In this document: one piece after another, positions 50,676 to 60,609 of the stretch
Layout of the letters: every line of letters begins with the position of its first letter
Position numbering within the stretch: position 1 is the stretch's first letter
Source of the DNA: an uncultured Actinomycetota bacterium
Lineage (GTDB): Bacteria > Actinomycetota > Actinomycetes > Propionibacteriales > Nocardioidaceae
Direction: 5' to 3'
Length of the DNA stretch: 64,000 nucleotides
NCBI GenBank assembly: GCA_963781605.1
Contig: CAWAGO010000007.1
Coordinates: forward strand, 70,597-134,596
Made by a program: the position numbers and the translations under genes
Notes under the pieces: generated by a model
Database searches by the model: none
Seen by the model: the letters and a program-made list of their open reading frames with translations, nothing else
What the model was told of the DNA's origin: nothing

Positions 50676-52157
50676 TCAGTCCGTGTTGTCGGCTCCTGCG
50701 CCGCCGCCGCGGTGCCGCACGGCCGCCGCGAAGGCGTCGCCACGCTCGCCGTAGTTGGCGAACATGTCCATGGAGGCACAGCCGGGTGCCAACAAGACCG
50801 TGTCTCCCGGGCGGGCGAGATCGGCGGCGCTGGCAACGACGCGCTCCATGACTGCCCCAGTCTCGCCGTCGCCGATCTCGATCACGCGCACATCGGGCGC
50901 GTGTCGCGCCAACGCCTCGGCGATCAATCGGCGGTCACGGCCGAGGAGCACGACGCCGCGCAGCCGTGAGCCGACCTGGGTCACCAACTCGTCGAACGAC
51001 GCACCCTTGGCCAGCCCACCCGCGATCCACACCACTGGGTCATAGGCACGCAGCGACGACATCGCGGCGTGGGGGTTGGTGGCTTTGGAGTCGTCGACAT
51101 AGGTGACCTCGTCGATCACTCCCACCTGGGCGATGCGGTGCCCGTCGGAGCGGAATCCTCGCAACCCATCGCGGACCGCGGCTGGCAGGACTCCGTGAGC
51201 CCGCGCCAACGCCGCCGCGGCCAGCGCGTTGGCCACCATGTGCGGCGCTTGCGACGGCAGGTCGGCCAGGGTGCACAGCTCGGCCGCGGCATCGCGGCGC
51301 TCCTCCACGAAGGCTCGGTCGGCCAGGACGTCGTCGACCACTCCGACCATGCCCACCGACGGGACCCCCAGCGTGAAGCCGATAGCTCGGGCGCCCTCGA
51401 CCACGTCCGCCTCACGAACCAGCCGCTCGGTCTCGGGATCGGCGACGTTGTAGACGCAGGCGCGACTCACTCCCTCGTAGATCCTCCCCTTGTCGGCGGC
51501 GTAGGCCGACATGCCCGTGGGGCCCGCATACCAATCGAGGTGGTCCTCGGCGAGGTTGAGCACAGCGGCGGACTCGGCCGCCATCGACTGGGTGTAGTGC
51601 AGTTGGAAGCTGGAGAGTTCGACCGCGAACACGTCGTACGGGGTCGGGTCCATCACCGCTTCGACGATCGGCCTTCCGACATTCCCGATCGCGGCAGAGC
51701 GGAGCCCAGCCGCTTGGAGGATGGCATCGAGCATTTGGACCGTCGTGGTCTTGCCGTTGGTGCCGGTGACCGCCAACCAAGGCGCGGGCGCCTGTGGGTC
51801 TCGCAGACGCCAGCCCAACTCGACCTCCCCCCAGATCGGGATGCCTCGGGCGGTCCCTTCGGCCAGCAGGGGCGCGTCCGGGCGCCACCCGGGCGAGGTG
51901 ACGATCACGTCGACGCTGTCGGGCAAGGTGCGCGCGGCGCCCGGGTCCAGCCGTACCCGGGCGCCCAAGGTCGCCAAGAGCTCGGCCTTCTCGGCCTTCT
52001 CCGGAGAGCTCTGGGCATCGACAGCGAGCACGTCCGCGCCGAGAAACAAGAGATTGTCCGCGGCGGCGAAGCCGGAGACCCCAAAGCCCGCGACGACCGC
52101 CCGCACTCCTTCCCAGGAGTCGAGGCGGCCGAGCTCCAGCGGTGACCGACCGGTCAC
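50676..52157 (-). CDS. murD: UDP-MurNAc-L-Ala--D-glutamate ligase
   Basis: GFGVSG, TSPG, GTNGKTTT, ELSSFQL, DDSKATN; GTGA overlap with the mraY stop. Confidence 0.97.
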   Translation of the reverse strand: MTGRSPLELGRLDSWEGVRAVVAGFGVSGFAAADNLLFLGADVLAVDAQSSPEKAEKAELLATLGARVRLDPGAARTLPDSVDVIVTSPGWRPDAPLLAEGTARGIPIWGEVELGWRLRDPQAPAPWLAVTGTNGKTTTVQMLDAILQAAGLRSAAIGNVGRPIVEAVMDPTPYDVFAVELSSFQLHYTQSMAAESAAVLNLAEDHLDWYAGPTGMSAYAADKGRIYEGVSRACVYNVADPETERLVREADVVEGARAIGFTLGVPSVGMVGVVDDVLADRAFVEERRDAAAELCTLADLPSQAPHMVANALAAAALARAHGVLPAAVRDGLRGFRSDGHRIAQVGVIDEVTYVDDSKATNPHAAMSSLRAYDPVVWIAGGLAKGASFDELVTQVGSRLRGVVLLGRDRRLIAEALARHAPDVRVIEIGDGETGAVMERVVASAADLARPGDTVLLAPGCASMDMFANYGERGDAFAAAVRHRGGGAGADNTD

Positions 52158-53224
52158 GACTGGACGACCCACTCGGCGTAGAAGATGCCGAGCCCGGTGG
52201 CCACGCACAAGCCGGTGATGATCCAGAACCGGATGACGACGGTGACCTGCTCCCAGCCGAGCATCTCGAAGTGGTGATGCAACGGAGCCATCCGGAAGAT
52301 CCGGCGGCCGCCGCTGAGTTTGAAGAAGCCCACCTGGATCATCACCGAGAGCGTCTCCAGCACGAACAGTCCGCCCAGCACGATCAGCAGGCCCTCGGTG
52401 CGCGTGAGCACCGCCAGGGCAGCAACCGCGCCGCCCAAAGCCAACGATCCGGTGTCACCCATGAAGATCGCGGCCGGGGGCGCGTTCCACCACAGGAAGC
52501 CGAAACAGGCCCCGGTGATCGCGGCAGAGACGATGGCCAGGTCGAGCGGATCGCGAACCTCGTAGCAGTTGGCCGACGGCAGGCCCGCACAGAACTGGTT
52601 GTTCTGCCAGATGTTGACCAGCGTGTAGGCGCCGAAGACCATCACCGATCCGCCGGTGGCCAGGCCATCGAGGCCGTCGGTGAGGTTGACGGCGTTGCTG
52701 AACCCGGTGACCAAGAAGAAGATCACCACGATCGCCAGCACGGTGGGCAAGGCGAGCCACTCGATGTCGCGGGTGAACGAGATGGCTCGCGAGGCCGGTA
52801 GCCGGTTGTCGTCGGAGAGCAGGCTCGGTGAGAGTGCGAACCACCCGAAGACGACGGCGATGGTGGTCTGCCCGATGAACTTCGCCTTCGAGCGCAGCCC
52901 CAAGCTGCGCTGCATGTAGACCTTGATGAAGTCGTCGAGGAATCCGACGAACCCGAGGCCGACGAACACCAGCAGCAACAACCACGCCGAGGCCGAGGGC
53001 CACGATTGGGCGAACACCTTCGCGGAGAAGTAGCCGATGAGCGCGGCTCCGATGATCACGATGCCGCCCATCGTGGGGGTTCCACGCTTGGTGTGGTGGC
53101 TGGTCGGACCGTCCTCTCGGATCTCCTGGCCGATCCCCTTCCGGGTCAGCACATGGACCGCGAACCGGGTGCCCAGCAGCGAGATGAGCAGCGACAGCCC
53201 CCCGCCAAGCAGGATCGCCTTCAT
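52154..53224 (-). CDS. mraY: Phospho-MurNAc-pentapeptide transferase
   Basis: KRGTPTMGG, NAVNLTDGLDGL, FMGDTGS, APLHHHFE. Confidence 0.98.
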   Translation of the reverse strand: MKAILLGGGLSLLISLLGTRFAVHVLTRKGIGQEIREDGPTSHHTKRGTPTMGGIVIIGAALIGYFSAKVFAQSWPSASAWLLLLVFVGLGFVGFLDDFIKVYMQRSLGLRSKAKFIGQTTIAVVFGWFALSPSLLSDDNRLPASRAISFTRDIEWLALPTVLAIVVIFFLVTGFSNAVNLTDGLDGLATGGSVMVFGAYTLVNIWQNNQFCAGLPSANCYEVRDPLDLAIVSAAITGACFGFLWWNAPPAAIFMGDTGSLALGGAVAALAVLTRTEGLLIVLGGLFVLETLSVMIQVGFFKLSGGRRIFRMAPLHHHFEMLGWEQVTVVIRFWIITGLCVATGLGIFYAEWVVQS

Positions 53225-54612
53225 CGGATGGTCCCCTCACGATCGTCTATGACTTGCTGAGCCAGCACTTCGAGAGCTGCGCCACGTGAGGCCTTCACCA
53301 GCACCGCGGCTCCCGGTGCGACATTGTGGCGCACCCACGCCGAAGCGTCGTCGCGGCTGTCCGCCAGCACGACTTCCACGTCGCCGGGGCCGTCGCCATC
53401 GTGCACTCCCTCGGCGATCTGTGCCGCGGAGCGGCCGACGAGGACGAGCGTGTCGATGCCGAGCCGCGCCGCGGCCCGCCCAACGGATCGGTGACCCTCC
53501 TCCGACTCCTCGCCCAACTCGCGCATCTCCCCCAGGACCGCGACACGTCGACTTCCCCGGCCACCGATCGCGGCCAATGCCTCGAGGGCGGCTCGCATGG
53601 AATCGGGGTTGGCGTTGTAGGCGTCGTTAACCACGATCGTGCCGTCGCCACACCGGTGTACCTCCATGCGCCACCGCGAGGACAACCGAGCGTGAGTGAG
53701 CGCTTCCGCGATCATCGTCGCGTCCAGGCCGGCCGCCAGCGCGAACGTCGCGGCCGCCGCCGCGTTGAACACCTGATGCGCTCCGGTCGCCTCCAGCCGG
53801 AGGGGGTACCACTCACCGTCGAGTCGGAGATCGAGGGCCGGTCGGCCCAGATCGTCCAATCGCATCGATCGCCACGTGACATCGCCTCGCTTGCCGAAGG
53901 TCAGCACCCGAGCGCTGGTGCGTGCGGTCATCGCCATCGTCAGCGGATCGTCGGCGTTGAGGATCGCGACTCCGTCGTCGGGGAGGCTCTCGATGATCTC
54001 GCCCTTGGCTCGCGCGATGGCCGCCTGGTCGCCGAACTCGCCCACGTGAGCGGTGCCGATGTTCAGCACACCGGCGATCGTCGGCCGTGCGATCTCGCAG
54101 AGGTAGGCGATGTGGCCCAGACCGCGCGCTCCCATCTCGACCACCAGGAAACGGGTGTCGAGCCCCGCCCTGGCAACCGTCAACGGAACGCCGAGTTCGT
54201 TGTTGTAGTTGCCGGCCGTCGCGACGGTCGGTCCGGCTTGGGCCAATACCTGAGCGAGGTAGTCCTTGGTGCCGGTCTTGCCCTGGGAGCCGGTGAGAGC
54301 GAGCACGGTCGTCGACGGCAGGCGGTCGACCACGCCCCTGCCCAGGCGGCCGAGAGCGGCGACCGGATCGGCGACCACGACGGTTGGCGCACTCGTCGGT
54401 CGAGTGCCCATCACGGCGACGGCCCCCACCGCACTCGCCGCGTCGGCGAAGTCGTGGCCGTCCGCCCGCTCACCGGCCACCGCGACGAACAGCCCGCCCG
54501 GCGGCACCCGACGACTGTCGAGGGACGGCTCAGCGGTGACCATCACTGCCGGATCGCCGACGACGTCGCCCCCGGTGAGAGCGGCGATCTCAGCGAGCGA
54601 CAGCGGGATCAT
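53221..54612 (-). CDS. murF: UDP-MurNAc-tripeptide--D-Ala-D-Ala ligase
   Basis: GSQGKTGTK, NNELG, VEMG, NDAYNANP. Confidence 0.97.
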   Translation of the reverse strand: MIPLSLAEIAALTGGDVVGDPAVMVTAEPSLDSRRVPPGGLFVAVAGERADGHDFADAASAVGAVAVMGTRPTSAPTVVVADPVAALGRLGRGVVDRLPSTTVLALTGSQGKTGTKDYLAQVLAQAGPTVATAGNYNNELGVPLTVARAGLDTRFLVVEMGARGLGHIAYLCEIARPTIAGVLNIGTAHVGEFGDQAAIARAKGEIIESLPDDGVAILNADDPLTMAMTARTSARVLTFGKRGDVTWRSMRLDDLGRPALDLRLDGEWYPLRLEATGAHQVFNAAAAATFALAAGLDATMIAEALTHARLSSRWRMEVHRCGDGTIVVNDAYNANPDSMRAALEALAAIGGRGSRRVAVLGEMRELGEESEEGHRSVGRAAARLGIDTLVLVGRSAAQIAEGVHDGDGPGDVEVVLADSRDDASAWVRHNVAPGAAVLVKASRGAALEVLAQQVIDDREGTIR

Positions 54613-54619
54613 CGAGGGG

Positions 54620-56167
54620 TCACCGGAACAACACCGCCACTTCCTCGGCCGCCACCGAGCGGTCGTCGAACGGAAGGATCTGGTCGCCGACCTGTTGCCC
54701 GATCTCGTGCCCCTTTCCGGCGATCAATACGACGTCGCCCGGCCGAGCGGAGCCGATCGCTGCCTTGATCGCCTCGCGGCGATCTCCGATCTCGCGCACT
54801 TCTGCGCTCCCGGCCTCGGTCCCGGCGAGCACGGCTGCCCGGATCTGGGCCGGGTCCTCGCCTCGAGGGTTGTCGTCGGTGACGATGAGGAGGTCGGCCA
54901 ACCGGGCGGCGATCTCGCCCATCAGCGGTCGTTTCCCCGGGTCACGCTCTCCCCCGGCGCCGATGACGACGATCAGAGAGCCCTCGGTGAGGGGGCGCAA
55001 GGCATTCAGCGCCGCCTCGACCGCGTCCGGCTTGTGCGCGTAGTCCACGACCACGGTGAAGTCCTGTCCCGCGGCGACCAGCTCGAGTCGGCCAGGAACC
55101 CCCGGCCCGTCGGCCAGCGCCCGGGCGAGCATCTCGACATCGCAGCCGACCTCGGCGCAGGCGGCGAGGGCAGCCACCGCGTTGGCGACATTGAAGGCGC
55201 CGGGCAGGGGCACGGTGACCGGCACAGCCAGAGGCACCCCCTGATCGCTCGACCCTCGCAGCACGCCCGTGGAGCCGGTGGGCCCGGTCGCGACATCGGT
55301 GATCGTCCAATCGGCGACGACGCCGTCGCGCGTCGAGAACGTGGCCATCGGGATGGTGGCCTCCTCGAGAAGCCGGCGTCCGAACTCGTCGTCGAGGTTG
55401 ACCAGCCCTCTGGACGCGCGACCCGGGGAGAACAGCGAGGCCTTCGCCGCGAAGTAGTCGTCGAGATCGGCATGGAAGTCGAGGTGGTCGCGGCCGAGAT
55501 TGGTGAAGACGGCCAGGTCGAAGACCACCCCGTCGACGCGGCCGAGCACCAAGGCGTGGCTGGACACCTCCATGGCACACACCTCCACGCCGACCTCCAC
55601 CATGCGTGCGAACAGCCCATGCAGGTCCGGTGCCTCCGGTGTGGTCAGTGCGGTCTTGACGTCCACCCCATCGATGCGGGTACCGACCGTCCCGATCGTC
55701 GCCGCGACTACGCCGGCGCGTTGCAGGGCACTCTCGGCCAGCCGGGTGGTCGTGGTCTTGCCCTGGGTGCCGGTGACGCCGATCAGCCGCAGCGAGCGGG
55801 CCGGGTGGCCGTAGATCTCGGCCGAGAGTTCGCCCAACAGTCCGCGCGGCTGGTCCACGACGATGGTGGGCACGTCGCCCGGAATCTGGGTCCGGCCGGC
55901 CGGATCGGTCAGGACGGCGACGGCCCCGGCCTCGAGCGCCCGGCCGACATAGCTCGCGCCGTGGCTGCGGGAGCCGGGGAGTGCGGCGTACAGATCGCCG
56001 GGGAGGACGCGATCGGAGGCGAGGCTGACGCCGCTGACAGCAGGATCACCGACTCCGACGGTCGACGACTGCGGACTGCGCTCGGTCACCCACCGAGCCA
56101 GATCGGCGAACGCCGAGACCCGGGGATGCCGAGGCCGCATCGACGCACGCGGATCCTCACCAGCCAC
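54620..56167 (-). CDS. murE: UDP-MurNAc-dipeptide--diamino acid ligase
   Basis: GTQGKTTT, TTPE, EVSSH, DYAH, DNPR; TAACCT -10 element 6 nt before the GTG. Confidence 0.97.
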   Translation of the reverse strand: MAGEDPRASMRPRHPRVSAFADLARWVTERSPQSSTVGVGDPAVSGVSLASDRVLPGDLYAALPGSRSHGASYVGRALEAGAVAVLTDPAGRTQIPGDVPTIVVDQPRGLLGELSAEIYGHPARSLRLIGVTGTQGKTTTTRLAESALQRAGVVAATIGTVGTRIDGVDVKTALTTPEAPDLHGLFARMVEVGVEVCAMEVSSHALVLGRVDGVVFDLAVFTNLGRDHLDFHADLDDYFAAKASLFSPGRASRGLVNLDDEFGRRLLEEATIPMATFSTRDGVVADWTITDVATGPTGSTGVLRGSSDQGVPLAVPVTVPLPGAFNVANAVAALAACAEVGCDVEMLARALADGPGVPGRLELVAAGQDFTVVVDYAHKPDAVEAALNALRPLTEGSLIVVIGAGGERDPGKRPLMGEIAARLADLLIVTDDNPRGEDPAQIRAAVLAGTEAGSAEVREIGDRREAIKAAIGSARPGDVVLIAGKGHEIGQQVGDQILPFDDRSVAAEEVAVLFR

Positions 56168-56215
56168 GGGCGCAGGTTACCGCCTGAGGAAGGACTCCCC
56201 CACCTCCGGCGGTGT

Positions 56216-58012
56216 TCATCGCTTGGTCCACTCCACCGGGAGTTGGGATGGCTTGGCGCCAGTTGGGGGCACCCGATAGCGCCGGAGCGCATATCCCATG
56301 ATCTTGGCGAAGGCCGGGCCGCCGATGGAACCGCCGCCGCCGTCGACACCGGGAGCCTGCACCACCACATAGACCGCGAAGCGCGGATCATCAGCGGGGG
56401 CGAACCCGCCGAATGACACCGTGTAACTCCCGTCGTAGCACCGGCAGTCGGGAGCGACGCGTTGCGCGGTCCCCGTCTTGCCCGCCACCCGATAACCGGG
56501 CACGGCCGCCCGCGGCGCGACACCGTCCTCAGGGTCGATCACCCGCTCCATCATCTTCATCGTCTGGTTCGCCGCCCGATCGCTGACGACCCGGCTCGGG
56601 GTCACGGTGTCCGTGCCGACAGGGTCGCCGCTGTCGGTCTCGGCGGCCCCGGCGATGAGACTGGGCGGAACTCGGACGCCGCCGTTGGCGATGGTGCTGA
56701 TAGCGGAGGTCATCTGCACCGCGTTGACCGACAACGACTGACCGAAGGAGATCCGATCCTTGGTCTGCGGCGTCAGCAGCGCTCCGGCAGGGAGGATGCC
56801 GGCGCTCTCGCCGCGCACGCCGATGCCCACGGACTTTCCGAGACCGAAGGCAGTGAGGTACTTGCGCAGGCGGAGCGCGCCGATCTGATCGGCGGCGAGC
56901 ACGGTGCCGATATTGCTCGACTTCGCCAGCACTCCCGCGAAGGTGAGCTTGAGCGGCCCGTGGTCGAACCAGTCGTTGATCACCCGGTCCTGCCGGGGCA
57001 GTTCGGGCGGCACTCGTAGCGGCGTTCTGGGAGTGATGCGGCCACTGTCGATCAGCGCGGCGGCAGTCAGGATCTTCTGCACCGATCCGGGCTCGTAGAT
57101 GTCGCTGAGCGCCCGCGACCCGAGGTCGACCTCTGGAGAGTCAAGCGGCGCGGTCGCGTCGTAGGTCGGATAGTCCGCGATGGCCAGCAGTTCACCAGTA
57201 CGCACGTCTTGCACGATCACGATGCCGGACTCGCCGCGCACGTCCTCGACCGTCTGCCGCAACACCCGTTGCACGAACCATTGCAGATCCATGTCGATCG
57301 TGGTGGTCAAGTCGTGGCCGTCCTCGGCACGCTGAACCGTGTTCTCGCCGAGCGGCAGTCGATTGCTCTTGCTGTCGGCCTGGAAGCGGGCCACGCCATC
57401 TGTGCCGGACAGTCGTTTGTCGAAGGTGCGCTCCAGGCCCGCCAGCGCCTCGTCGGTGCCGACGAAGCCGATCAGGTTGGCCGCGACGTCCTTGGCGGGG
57501 TAGTCGCGCACCGGGTCGGGGCGCGTGCTCACCCCCTTGAACCCCAGGTCGGCCGCGCGGGAGAGCACGTCGGTGGCCACCGTCGAAGGCACCCGCCGCG
57601 CGACATACTCGAATCGGCTGCCACCTCGGGTACCGCGCAGTTTCTTGAGCGTCGTGACGTAGTCGATATCGAGTTCGCGCGACAGGAACGTCGCCAACTC
57701 GGGGGCGACCGGCTCAGTCTGAACCGGGTCCGCGACCACCATCGCGCCGGCGACGGAGGCGGCCATCGGGAAGCCGTTGCGGTCGAGGATGTCGCCGCGA
57801 GCGGCTGGGAGCACGACCTCGACGGAACCTTGGGACGCGGCTAGCGCGGCGTAGGAATTCGGATCGACCGCTTGAAGCTGCACCAGCCGGGCCCCGAACA
57901 ACGACAACACCATCGCGATCACGATGAACCCGGCCCGCAGCCGAATCATCGGCGCACCGCGGAGAACTCCACGCGGGGCCCCGCGGGCTGCGCGAGAGCG
58001 ACGCCGGGTCAT
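56216..58012 (-). CDS. ftsI: Class B penicillin-binding protein FtsI/PbpB
   Basis: RGDILDRNG, EPGSVQK (SxxK), SSN, KTG. Confidence 0.96.
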   Translation of the reverse strand: MTRRRSRAARGAPRGVLRGAPMIRLRAGFIVIAMVLSLFGARLVQLQAVDPNSYAALAASQGSVEVVLPAARGDILDRNGFPMAASVAGAMVVADPVQTEPVAPELATFLSRELDIDYVTTLKKLRGTRGGSRFEYVARRVPSTVATDVLSRAADLGFKGVSTRPDPVRDYPAKDVAANLIGFVGTDEALAGLERTFDKRLSGTDGVARFQADSKSNRLPLGENTVQRAEDGHDLTTTIDMDLQWFVQRVLRQTVEDVRGESGIVIVQDVRTGELLAIADYPTYDATAPLDSPEVDLGSRALSDIYEPGSVQKILTAAALIDSGRITPRTPLRVPPELPRQDRVINDWFDHGPLKLTFAGVLAKSSNIGTVLAADQIGALRLRKYLTAFGLGKSVGIGVRGESAGILPAGALLTPQTKDRISFGQSLSVNAVQMTSAISTIANGGVRVPPSLIAGAAETDSGDPVGTDTVTPSRVVSDRAANQTMKMMERVIDPEDGVAPRAAVPGYRVAGKTGTAQRVAPDCRCYDGSYTVSFGGFAPADDPRFAVYVVVQAPGVDGGGGSIGGPAFAKIMGYALRRYRVPPTGAKPSQLPVEWTKR

Positions 58013-58632
58013 CGGCTATTCCTACCTGCCGACGCACCCTCCTGGGCCGAGGCGCGACTTGTGTCGCGTGACTTCTGTTTCGACGCGCGCTTGTTCTTGT
58101 TCTTCGCCTTCTTGTTCTTCTTCGCCTTCTCGGGTTCCGCCACCACGGTGCGGACCTTGATCATCGGTGTCAGGCCGAGCGGCCTGGCCCGCGGAAGCGG
58201 ACGAATCCTTATGCCGTCGGCGCTGGTCGCTGCGCTCGGCTCACCCACGATCGCCCCGTCGGACAGCCGCAGGAACGCGGGTCGCAACACGGGGACCATT
58301 CCCAGCGACTGAGCTTGCTCGGCGACCCGCTGCGGGTCGCGCAGGACATCGAGTTCCATGGTCAGCGTCTGCTGACGAGCCGACAGCGAACGCGCCTGCT
58401 GCTCGAGCGCGGTGGCGGCGAAGGATGCCTGTTGCATGGAGGTGTTGAACAGCAACAGCCCGACCACCCCGCCCAGCACGATGAGACTGAGCAGCATGAT
58501 GAACGGCACCCGTGGCGCAGAAGAACGGGTCAGCGGGACGACGGTCAACTGCACTCTGTCGCGCGCACTCGAGGTGACCCTCGTTCGAAGTGACGCCGCC
58601 GCGCTGCGGGCCGGACTCGTCGTACTACTCAT
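58009..58632 (-). CDS. ftsL: FtsL-like cell division protein with a Lys-rich C-terminal tail
   Basis: Single TM helix, coiled coil, A..LGMVP; lies between rsmH and ftsI with coupled start and stop codons. Confidence 0.75.
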   Translation of the reverse strand: MSSTTSPARSAAASLRTRVTSSARDRVQLTVVPLTRSSAPRVPFIMLLSLIVLGGVVGLLLFNTSMQQASFAATALEQQARSLSARQQTLTMELDVLRDPQRVAEQAQSLGMVPVLRPAFLRLSDGAIVGEPSAATSADGIRIRPLPRARPLGLTPMIKVRTVVAEPEKAKKNKKAKNKNKRASKQKSRDTSRASAQEGASAGRNSR

Positions 58633-59594
58633 CAGGCGACTCCTCGTTCCGCACGAATACGTTCGATGGCACGCAGCCGGACGGAGGCTGCGCGCGGGTT
58701 GTGGGCGATTTCGGTGGCGTCGGCCTTCTCAGCCCCACGGGTGACCAAGCGCATCCGGGGCTCATGCCCCTCCGGCACGAACGGCAGGTCCTCCGGGACA
58801 TCGGTGGCCACGGCGTCGGCGAAGGCTCGCTTCACGATTCGGTCCTCCAGCGAGTGATAGGACTCCACAACCACGCGGCCGCCCACGGCGATGGAATCGA
58901 GGGCGGCCGGGATGGCACGACGAAGCACCGCGAGTTCGTCGTTGACCTCCATCCGCAGCGCCTGGAAGGTCCGTTTGGCCGGGTGTCCACCCGTGCGCCG
59001 CGCCGGTGCGGGGATCACGTCATAGATCAGTTCCACGAGGCGTGCCGACGTGGTGAACGGGGCGTGGTCGCGTTCGCGCACCATCGCCCGCGCCAGGTGC
59101 CGGGCGAACTTCTCCTCGCCGTAGTCCCTCAACACCCGAGCCAGCTCTGCGGCGGAATAGGTGTTGACGACGTCGGCGGCGGTGATCCCCCGCGAGGAGT
59201 CCATCCGCATGTCCAACGGCGCGTCGACGGAGTAGGCGAAGCCACGCTCGGCGAGGTCGAGTTGAAGAGAACTCACGCCGAGGTCGAAGAGCACCGCGTC
59301 GATTACCTCGAGTCCGCTGTCGGCAACGACCTGGGGGATCTCGTCATAGACCGCGTGGACGGGGACAAAGCGATCGCCGAAGTCGGCGAGGCGCTGGGCC
59401 GCCCGCTCCAGAGCAGCCGGATCGCGATCGATGCCGATCACTCTGGCGACCGAGCACTGACGCAGGACCGCCTCGCTGTGGCCACCCAGTCCCAGCGTGG
59501 CATCGATCAGAACGGCCCCATCCGCTTCGAGCGCCGGCGCGAGGAGGGCGACGACCCGGTCCAGCAGTACCGGGACGTGACGAGCGTCGGCCAT
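58632..59594 (-). CDS. rsmH: 16S rRNA m4C1402 methyltransferase RsmH (MraW)
   Basis: [45 protein letters not shown]. Confidence 0.98.
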   Translation of the reverse strand: MADARHVPVLLDRVVALLAPALEADGAVLIDATLGLGGHSEAVLRQCSVARVIGIDRDPAALERAAQRLADFGDRFVPVHAVYDEIPQVVADSGLEVIDAVLFDLGVSSLQLDLAERGFAYSVDAPLDMRMDSSRGITAADVVNTYSAAELARVLRDYGEEKFARHLARAMVRERDHAPFTTSARLVELIYDVIPAPARRTGGHPAKRTFQALRMEVNDELAVLRRAIPAALDSIAVGGRVVVESYHSLEDRIVKRAFADAVATDVPEDLPFVPEGHEPRMRLVTRGAEKADATEIAHNPRAASVRLRAIERIRAERGVA

Positions 59595-59597
59595 GGC

Positions 59598-59744
59598 TCA
59601 GTGCGCCAGTGCCGACAGCAGAAGAAGGGAGACCGCCAAGCCGCACGAGGTGGCCGCCGAGAAGGCCATCACCGCCACGGCGTCGCGCGCCAGGTGACGC
59701 ACGCGACGAGGGGCGCCGATCGCCGGTTGCGCTGACGTGCTCAT
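59598..59744 (-). CDS. 48-aa single-TM small protein, below the ORF-track cutoff
   Basis: Translated by hand: MSTSAQPAIGAPRRVRHLARDAVAVMAFSAATSCGLAVSLLLLSALAH*; stop lies 3 nt before the rsmH ATG. Confidence 0.7.
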   Translation of the reverse strand: MSTSAQPAIGAPRRVRHLARDAVAVMAFSAATSCGLAVSLLLLSALAH

Positions 59745-59804
59745 CGTCTCGACCCTGCTCTTCTCAACTGAGTGGTTGCGGATTCATGGCCCGATCGGTT
59801 CGTC

Positions 59805-59903
59805 CGACGAGGTCCCTGCCCGCTCCCTGGAGGGAAGTCGCCATCTGGGGCCGGGGAAGGTGTCCCAGAGGGCGGCCAGTGGAGCGGGCTCGAGACCTCG
59901 TCG
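59805..59903 (-). ncRNA. mraW RNA motif-like structured element
   Basis: Hairpin TCTGGG/CCCAGA with CTTCCCC in its loop, enclosed by a 10-bp stem CGACGAGGTC/GACCTCGTCG; actinobacterial position upstream of rsmH/mraW. Confidence 0.7.
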
Positions 59904-59937
59904 TACGACGCGATCACGGTGGTGCTGGGTGGAGCGG

Positions 59938-60381
59938 TCAGACAGGTGGGTTCCATGGACCGGGGAAGAGGTCCTCGCTGAGATCGGCGAATTCGGTCTC
60001 CTGGCGCTGGGTGTACTGCTCCCAAGCGCCGGGGTCCCAGATCTCCACGGTGTTCATCGCGCCGATCACCCTCACGTCCTTGGTCAAGGAGGCGTACTCC
60101 CTGAGGACACTCGGGATCGAGATACGGCCCTGCTTGTCGGGTTCTTCGTGGCTGGCGGCCGCGAACAACATGCGGATGTAGCCGCGCACCTCGGGCTTGG
60201 TCGCCGGAGCGAGCCGGAGCCGTTCGGTGAGCTGCTGGAAATCGGCGGCGCTCCAGACCGTCAGGCATCGCTCCTGCCCTCTTGTCACCACGAGCCCCTC
60301 CGCGAGTTGATCCCTGAACTTCGCTGGCAGGAAGAGCCGCCCCTTGTCGTCCAGCTTCGGGGTGTAGGTGCCCATGAACAT
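59938..60381 (-). CDS. mraZ: Transcriptional regulator MraZ
   Basis: [14 protein letters not shown] and DKQGRI repeats; GGAGG SD. Confidence 0.97.
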   Translation of the reverse strand: MFMGTYTPKLDDKGRLFLPAKFRDQLAEGLVVTRGQERCLTVWSAADFQQLTERLRLAPATKPEVRGYIRMLFAAASHEEPDKQGRISIPSVLREYASLTKDVRVIGAMNTVEIWDPGAWEQYTQRQETEFADLSEDLFPGPWNPPV

Positions 60382-60421
60382 CGGACCACCTCCCCTTCAC
60401 GGGCTTCGCCGAGCAATTCTT

Positions 60422-60457
60422 CCCCACTGCGCTCCACCTTACCCCACTTCGCTCCAC
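60422..60457 (-). promoter_or_regulatory. MraZ-binding direct repeats
   Basis: Four minus-strand GTGG(A/G)G units at exact 10-bp period upstream of mraZ. Confidence 0.85.
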
Positions 60458-60609
60458 CGTCAACCATTTCCCGCGTGTGGCGCCCGCTCCGAACGGCGCC
60501 CGCTCGGACAACCACGCGGAATTGCCCCGATCGCCTACGGTGGGGGGAAGTGGTGGACCTCTCGGTCCACCAGCCACTCCGTGGGGAGCGTGGAGAGAAA
60601 GGAAGCGGC

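Noticed and set aside
59737-60609. 290-aa N-terminal extension of MoxR in the ORF track
   Set aside because: It overlaps mraZ antisense; the real start is the SD-led GTG at 60610. The same applies to the extended starts of trpA, hisB, murG, yggS, ftsW and ybaK
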